Shown piece by piece: positions 55,564 to 64,000 of a stretch of DNA of 64,000 nt. Source of the DNA: Octopus vulgaris (taxonomy: Eukaryota); assembly GCA_951406725.2 (NCBI GenBank), contig OX597817.1, positions 56,234,001 through 56,298,000 of the forward strand, read 5' to 3'. The stretch's first letter is position 1. Each line of letters begins with the position of its first letter. The translations under genes were made by a program, and so were the position numbers. The notes beneath the pieces are model-generated. The model had not been told where the DNA came from, searched no databases, and saw nothing but the letters and a program-made list of their open reading frames with translations.

Positions 55564-56353
55564 GAATAGATAGATACATGCATACATACATACAAACATA
55601 CATATATACGTACGATCGTACATACATATACACGTACATACAAATATACATACCTACAAACATGTACGTATATATATGTACATACATACTTACATACGTA
55701 TATACATACTTACATACGTATATACATACATACAAACATTTACGCATGCATACACACATATATACATACATGTATGCATATATACATAAATACATGCATG
55801 CATACATACGTATATACATACAAACATGTACGCATGCATACATACATACATACATACATACATACATACATACATACATACATTCATACATACATACAAA
55901 CCTGCATACAAATCTATACAGAAAACAGTAAACGGAATGGCGAACTGCAACAGATGAGCAGAAAGAACTAATCCTGAATCGATGCTGAAATTTTATCTCT
56001 TTTATTGAAGAGGAATCATCCTGTGTGTCACTGACATTCCACTCTGTTTAGAAAATACTGTTGAACATTAGTAAGAAAATATGGAGGCCTAGCAGTGACA
56101 ACACAGCTTTTCAAGGCATCTCTGAAACATGCTTCTGTAATATACAATTATGTGCAATTCCATATGTGGGTGAATGTGTGTGCTAGAGTCATGTGTGCAT
56201 GTGCACGCATATGTGCACATGTGTACGCTATAGCCATGTTTTTCTATGCATATATATTTATAAATATGAATTTCTCTTTGTGTGTGTGTATGTGCGTAGG
56301 TATATACGAATGTATGTACGTATGTGTGTCTACATATAAATATGTATAGGTAC

Positions 56354-56406
<53 letters not shown>

Positions 56407-56564
56407 TATATACAATTGTATCGTTTTATATATGTCTGTATGAATATAAGTATGTGTGTACATATATATTATATATATATATATATATGTCTGCATGTGA
56501 TAATGTGGTTGCAACAATTCTTCATATTTACACACCGAGCCAGAGGCACATGAACACAGATACA

Positions 56565-56609
<45 letters not shown>

Positions 56610-56655
56610 GCGCGCATAGATCTATATACGTATATATATACATATGTATATATAA

Positions 56656-56701
<46 letters not shown>

Positions 56702-57390
56702 CTAACGTTATAAATATATATATACACCCATAAATATATATACACACACACACAAATATCTATACACACACATAAATATATATACACACAAAAATATATA
56801 TATATATATATATATATACACTTATACATATACACATGCGCACACACACACACACGCACAGATATATATATATATATATATATATATGCATACATAAATA
56901 TATATATATACACACACATAAATATATGCATATTTGTCTGTACGTTTGTGTATACATACAAAGGTGTACATAATATATCATATTTTTTGTCCTTGTTCTA
57001 TTCTTTAGTTGCTGTACGTTTCACAAAGCCTCTCAGACATTTTCAGATAAGGAATCATTCCAAATGAAATATCAAAGAGCGAAAAGTCTGAAAAGCGTGT
57101 TGGGTGAAGAAAAAAATAATAAAAAGGGCCAAGGTAAGAGTGGAATAATGTGGAATCGGTTGAAAGAGTTTTATGAAGAACACAAGAAATAATGGTAAAG
57201 TGAATCTATAACTTAGAATGAAAGTAAATTCAAAACGAAATGAGAATAAAAAAAACGCCAAAATAAAGTATATCCTCCTGATACTACATTAGACTCTGCT
57301 AGAAAATGTATTGATGGAACGATTCTCCCACACCCTTTTGTAACGGTTTTGTAGCTGTTATTCTCTCTTATTCACTCTCTTACTATTTCT

Positions 57391-57447
<57 letters not shown>

Positions 57448-57530
57448 CATATCTCACTGTATTTATATTTAACTCTCTTTCACTATGAATTTCTCATACT
57501 TGCTTTCCATTTGAATGTCTCAAACAGCCA

Positions 57531-57606
<76 letters not shown>

Positions 57607-57648
57607 CAGACAGACAGAAGGAGAGAGAAAAGAGAAAGGTAGCTATCT

Positions 57649-57718
<70 letters not shown>

Positions 57719-57829
57719 AGGCTACTTATATATAAATTTTCTTAGACATATGCATATATACAGATTCATACATGCATATATATATATATATAGAGAGAGA
57801 GAGATAGATAGATAGCTACATACATACAT

Positions 57830-57867
<38 letters not shown>

Positions 57868-57955
57868 AGTATATAAATAACTATATACATGTACATTTGC
57901 ATTGATATCTGTGTGGGAGGGAGGGTGTGATTTTACAATTCTACAATTACTGTAC

Positions 57956-58004
<49 letters not shown>

Positions 58005-58297
58005 GACACACGGAATGATATTCTTTTCTTTTTTAGTGTATTACAGCCCAAAGGCTGCGGCCATACTGGGGCACCACCAATAGCCATTCTTATGCGATTG
58101 GCGTTTGGTGAAGGAAGTTGCTCGATTTTGCTGCGCACTTGTGAGTTTATTGGAGTCTTGCTTTCTATCTACAGTCTACGGTACCATGTTACTCGTTCTT
58201 TTCAGCTCTCATACTTTCCTGATTATTCTGGCTGTGCCAAGTCTTTACCAATAATGTTATTATTATTACGATTATTATTATCATTATTATTATTAGT

Positions 58298-58600
58298 TCA
58301 TCCGTCGTTGTCGGCGTTGATGAACGATATCACGCGGAAGGAGAAGACGGTGCACCGTGTGTCCAACTCTGGTTAATCAGGCCGATGCATCCTCAGAAGG
58401 TTTGCCGTAAGTCGGCCACTGGTTGTCTGTTGGAACAGAAGACAGGGAGCTGGTTCTGGATTTACGTAGTTCATCTTTTTTGTTTGTGTGTTCCTACAAT
58501 CCACTTCTCTTCGTAGGGGGTGGAACCACAGTTGGGTCATCTTCGCAATGCAGCGCTGTCTTGTGCTTGCGTTTCCCCGGCGTCACGGTTGTTCACAAAA
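58298..58600 (-). mobile_element. RTE-clade LINE 3' remnant
   Basis: Minus strand ELRKSRTSS...CIGLINQSWTH resembles the RTE C-terminal RIGLISHxRTH. Confidence 0.5.
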
Positions 58601-59571
58601 CTCCTCAGTACAGAGAAATATCTAAGTGCAGGCATTTTAAAACTGGATTCCACTCATAAATTATTATTGAAACTGAGGCTAGTGCAGAACGCTGCGGCCA
58701 AAGGATCGCATTGTGAGATGGAAACCGAAGTACGTACTCCTGGAGGGAACGTCTTAAGGACACATTGATAGGAGCGCCTGTGATCGCCTAAGTGTCTTGA
58801 AGACGCTTCCTCACTATTGCTGCTGTTTGTCGACTAAAACATGTAAATGGAAATTTCAGAATCTTCAGATCACAGTGAAATAATACAAGAAATCAGACTT
58901 CATTTTGTTTTCTCTTGGGATTGCTTGCAAATGGGCCAAGCCTTTTGCTGTTAAACTGAAATTAATTGATCTCTGATTGATAATGCATTCATCGTAGAAC
59001 AAAATTGATTTTTTTTTTCTCAACCACGTATATGCGTTTCCTCTAGGTGGATATTTTGAAACTGTTGTGTCCAATTCTGTAGGTTGTGTGAAAAAGAGTT
59101 TAGTTGTTTTTGTTTCCAAGTATTTACAATTAGAAGTAGACATGTATTTTACCGCCACCAATTGCCAACATAACTTGTAATGGGATAAGTAGAATAAAAT
59201 GTCCTTTAAATGGAAATTGTTTAGCCAGTTCTTTTGTATATCACGCAACGGTATTAAAAACCACTAATACAACCGTCAGGTGTTATTTCTGATATTGGCC
59301 AATCCATTTAAACTAAGGTATACACAGCATAAATATATCAATTATACAGGAATTAGAAAATTGGGTTTGTTAAAATATTTTGGGGTTTCAGAATTAAGAA
59401 AACTGTTTTCGTTTTCAAATAAATAGAACATTTTAGTGAATGCGGAAACCTTCAGAAACCGAAGAGAATTTGTTAGTATTTTATATGAGAAAAAGACATT
59501 CTGATCTCTCTGTTGTCTAACTCAATATACATACATACATACATACATACATATAGATATACATATACATG

Positions 59572-59678
<107 letters not shown>

Positions 59679-59832
59679 GTATATATACATATATATATAC
59701 AGGAGCGGATCAGCTTGATATACTTATTCGTTGAACCGTAATGACTGTATATGTTATATTGTATTGTATTATATTATATATATTATATTATGGTGTATAT
59801 ACTCCCATAATTCAGTTATTCAGTATCATCAT

Positions 59833-59874
59833 AACTGTCTGATGAATGGTCTCGTGAAACTCTGAGTAAAAGTT
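59833..59874 (+). ncRNA. minimal type-I hammerhead motif
   Basis: AACTGT-CTGATGA-ATG-gtct-CGT-GAA-ACTC-t-GAGT-A-AAAGTT; lies in an island (59700-59906) between (TA)n tracts. Confidence 0.6.
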
Positions 59875-59933
59875 TGTGAAGAAATTTTCAGCTATAATAA
59901 AATAGTTTGTATGTGCATAGGTGCTTGCGCGCG

Positions 59934-59995
<62 letters not shown>

Positions 59996-60061
59996 AACAT
60001 ACATACATGTACGTAATTACGTATACATTTATGTATACATATGTATATATGTATGTCTAAA

Positions 60062-60109
<48 letters not shown>

Positions 60110-60431
60110 GGTATGTGTATGTATATGTGTATGTGTATATGTATTTACTTCCATCATCTTACTGGTGTCAATCATGTGAATGCAACTCTGATGGGGTTCT
60201 CCCTTCTGGATTTCTTAAGCGATCACATCGACGCAACTATATGCATATATTTACACACAGACATACATGTACACACGCATATACACGATTAGATACCTCT
60301 ATAAATGCGTATACCTATATATACACAATATAAAGAATGAATATTTTTCCTTCACACCCATAGCCCTGTTTTCGCTTCCATATTATTTTCAAATTTGTTG
60401 TTGCTGTTGTTGTTAATGTTATTGTCATGGT

Positions 60432-60584
60432 AAATCTTCTTCTTCTTCTTCTTCTTCTTCTTCTTCTTCTTCTTCTTCTTCTTCTTCTTTTTCTTCTTCT
60501 TCTTCTTTTTCTTTTTCTTCTTCTTCTTCTTCTTCTTCTTCTTCTTCTTCTTCTTCTTCTTTTTCTTCTTCTTCTTCTTCTTCT

Positions 60585-60645
<61 letters not shown>

Positions 60646-60714
60646 GTTATTATTGTTATCGTCATCATCATCATTATCATGATCATGATGATCATCGTCA
60701 TTACTATTATTATT

Positions 60715-60750
<36 letters not shown>

Positions 60751-60840
60751 ATTGTCATCATCATCATTGATATATCATCATCATCATCATCATCATCATC
60801 AATCGCCGGTGTTATTATTCTTCTTCTTCTTCTTCATCTT
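60432..60840. repeat. compound (CTT)/(ATT)/(ATC)/(GTT) microsatellite
   Basis: Directly visible. Confidence 0.95.
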
Positions 60841-61093
60841 CCTCTTGTTATTACTTTTGCTATCAAGAATTCGTTAGAATTGTCTGATTTCAAGATAAAA
60901 TAGAATGGAGACATGACTGTTTAAAAAAGATGATAGCGTGTAGAGTAAAATGAGGATGTATAAAAAAAAAACAGTCAGGAAGTCAAGACAATAGATTGAA
61001 ATGGTAACGTATCACATTGACAGTAGGATAATATGCATATGTTTATAGGGTGTATTTATATACATACATATGTACATATATATATACATATAC

Positions 61094-61142
<49 letters not shown>

Positions 61143-61175
61143 CACATATATGTACATATACATATATATATATGC

Positions 61176-61253
<78 letters not shown>

Positions 61254-61272
61254 GTATGTATATGTACATATA

Positions 61273-61335
<63 letters not shown>

Positions 61336-61368
61336 ATATGTATGTAAATACACCCTATAAACATATAC

Positions 61369-61433
<65 letters not shown>

Positions 61434-61683
61434 TGCGTGTATGCGCCCCCTGCGTGGGTTTGTGAATGTCTGCGCATGTACGGGGAGATGTAGGGTTATA
61501 TGTACGTGCGTTTATATTTTATACTTATACATGCGAGTATATCAATATACGCAAGTTGATTGCTTAATGCCACGTATATCTTTTATTCACATGTTATATA
61601 TTCATACATGTATAAGTAAGTACGTATGTCTGTGTAGGCACTTACATATGCACAAATATGTAGGAGCGTATAAATGTGTTTAT

Positions 61684-61742
<59 letters not shown>

Positions 61743-62074
61743 AACATACATATATAAATAGACGTATCTACTACATGGAAATACTTATATCCAAGAGAAA
61801 CAGATGAAAAAGGGACGAGGAATTTTGATTTAAATTCTCAAATGACTTGTGAGATAATGCTGCGATATGTTTCTCCGTTTCTGTGTATAAGCGCATGCTC
61901 TTGTAAATATGTGTGTGTGTGTGTATTCGTGCGTAAGTGTACGCGTGCATTTGTGTATATGTGTGTGCGAGGTATACATTTGCCTGTCTATACAAGTTTC
62001 TTTCTAATCTATGCGTTTGTTTGTGCGCATGTGTGTAGTTGTACGTGAAATCTACGGGAATTCTAATGCGAAGA

Positions 62075-62125
<51 letters not shown>

Positions 62126-62129
<4 letters not shown>

Positions 62130-62607
62130 ATATTTCGGAATGGTCATTTTGCCAGTTTAGCCAATAAAAACACACGCACTATATATTCGGTGTTATTTTG
62201 CTTCAGTGTTATTTATTTTTACATTAGTCTTAATCTTATTTCGGCCAGAGTCCTTTCGTCACACTCCTGTGACCGCATCAGTGATCCTTTGTTTTCTTCT
62301 TTCTTATTTGTGTCTCTCCTTACTAACCGTCAGCCATTTTGTATTTCTATTGTATGTCTTCATTTGCGCATGCTTATATCTCTATGTGCGTCTATGTTTA
62401 TTTAGTGTGTGTATGTGGGGGGATGCCTGTAATATTTGTATCTTCTGTTTATATACGTTCATGTAATTTGTATTTTGTTTTTGTTGTTGTTGTTTTTGCT
62501 TATTCTTATTTTGTTCATGTGTTTACATCCACTTATTATTATCATTACATATACTTGTATGCATGTATGTATAACAACAATACTAGTAAAAATAATAAAT
62601 CGAATCG

Positions 62608-62610
<3 letters not shown>
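62126..62610 (-). mobile_element. ORF-less element between (TA)n tracts with a hammerhead-like motif
   Basis: 62243-62287 minus: GGATCA-CTGATGC-G-GTCAC-aggagt-GTGAC-GAAA-GGAC-TC-TGGCC (A9C variant). Confidence 0.45.
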
Positions 62611-62644
<34 letters not shown>

Positions 62645-62651
<7 letters not shown>

Positions 62652-64000
62652 TTCTACTGAATGTAGGAGAGCTGCTGCGCGGAAACTGTAAAAAGAAAAT
62701 TTCATTCCTGAGAGACCTTGTGACATGCAATCAAGCTATATGCATGGCACTCACAGAAACGCATCTTGAACCCGATATAGGTGATGCAGAAATACACATG
62801 CCGCAATATGCAGTCATACGCACAGATAGAAAAGGGAGGAGCCATGGTGGAGTTGCAATGTACATCCGAGATGACCTCACGCCCCAGGTCCTGCTGTCAT
62901 ATTCAAACTCAGTATGTGAAACTCAAATTGTACACATAAGACAACTGAATATCGTCATATGCACTACATATCGCCCACCAGATGCCCCAAAACACTCAGG
63001 CATGTTTGAAGACTGCCTAACAAAAATAGGAGAAGTCCTCACCAACCTTGAACAGCACAACAGTGTATTCTTCATGGGTGACTTTAACCTCCCCAATGTG
63101 GAATGGCCTGGGGGGCAGATGCTCCCAGGGATGACACACCATCAGCAGGCACAGGTGGAGTCCCTGCTCCATCTCACAAATGCCTCTTTCATGGAGCAAA
63201 TAGTTCTGCAACCAACAAGGGCAGATAATATACTGGATCTCTGCTTCACAAACAATATAGATATTATCCATAATGTTAATGTGATGCCGACAATGATCTC
63301 GGATCACAACATAATAGAGCTGTCTATGTATGGAACAAAAGCCCCCGCAGACACACAGCCTATACGAAGCACCCACCATCTCTCCAACTTAAACTTTCAT
63401 AAAGCCAACTGGAAGTCGATTGAGAAAGAGATCCTCAAATAGGATTGGCCTGAATGTCTCTCCACACCGGACATAAACATGAAACACAAACACTTCATGT
63501 CCATAATACAAGCCATATGTGACAAATATGTCCCAATGTGCAGGGCCAGCACACACAAGAACAAAAACAGGATCCCTAGAGAAAGGGGGATTCTTATGAG
63601 ACGACGGACAAGGATTGCAAACCGCCTGAGCAAGCACACCAAAAGTGGTGAGAAGTCTCGGCTCGAAAGAATGCTAATGGAAACTGAGAAAAGTCTACAT
63701 CAGTCCCATGAAAAGGAGAGAGCAGATAAAGAAGCTTGGGTAATAGAAAATATAAAATCAAACCCTAAAGCTTTCTTTAAGTTTGCCAAAGAGACAGCCA
63801 CAGTGCACCAGAGAATAGGACCTCTCTTCCAAAAAGATGGCTCTCTCACAGGAAATCCCACGAGGATAAGTGAAATGCTGAACGAACAGTTCCAAAGTGT
63901 GTTCACTACACCTCTAGGACACAGGCAAGTAAACAACCCAGAAGAATTCTTTGCCACTTTACCAGCGGCCAAAGAGACAAAAATTGAGTACATCAACATC
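62645..64000 (+). mobile_element. CR1-group LINE ORF2 5' part (APE endonuclease and linker), one in-frame stop
   Basis: ALTETHL, RTDR..HGGVAMYIR, YRPP, GDFNLP, PTR..NILDL, SDHN; TAG at 63440, then the frame continues (DW...NPKAFFKF...LNEQFQSVFT) to the window end. Confidence 0.92.

Noticed and set aside
58865-59248. 127-aa non-repetitive ORF
   Set aside because: No recognisable motif and no ATG start; cannot be supported as an exon without a search
62339-62644. N-terminal extension of the 367-aa ORF
   Set aside because: Crosses low-complexity sequence and (TA)n; endonuclease similarity begins only at ~62645

Overview
Eukaryotic, AT-rich, microsatellite-saturated, apparently gene-free (intergenic or intronic) window. 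The SINE families and the (TA)n/(TACA)n/(TAA)n load suggest a cephalopod, probably Octopus (inference). Almost all ORFs in the supplied track are translations of simple repeats. Real coding remnants all come from mobile elements: several R4/Dong-type non-LTR retrotransposons with a restriction-like endonuclease sitting in (TAA)n or (TACA)n tracts, a CR1-group LINE (APE endonuclease) running off the right edge, RTE 3' ends and Tc1/mariner fragments. Three main tRNA-derived SINE families, hAT and pogo MITEs with target-site duplications, and several fold-back or tandem structures are also present. The most notable signal is a set of about 9-10 type-I hammerhead-ribozyme motifs from several unrelated short, ORF-less elements, most of them inserted in (TA)n. 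One (15345-15668) is a composite of a tRNA-like Pol III head, a (TAA)n linker, a hammerhead tail and an inverted tail copy, which looks like a Penelope-mobilised, ribozyme-bearing SINE. All calls were made by eye, and coordinates of degenerate elements are approximate.
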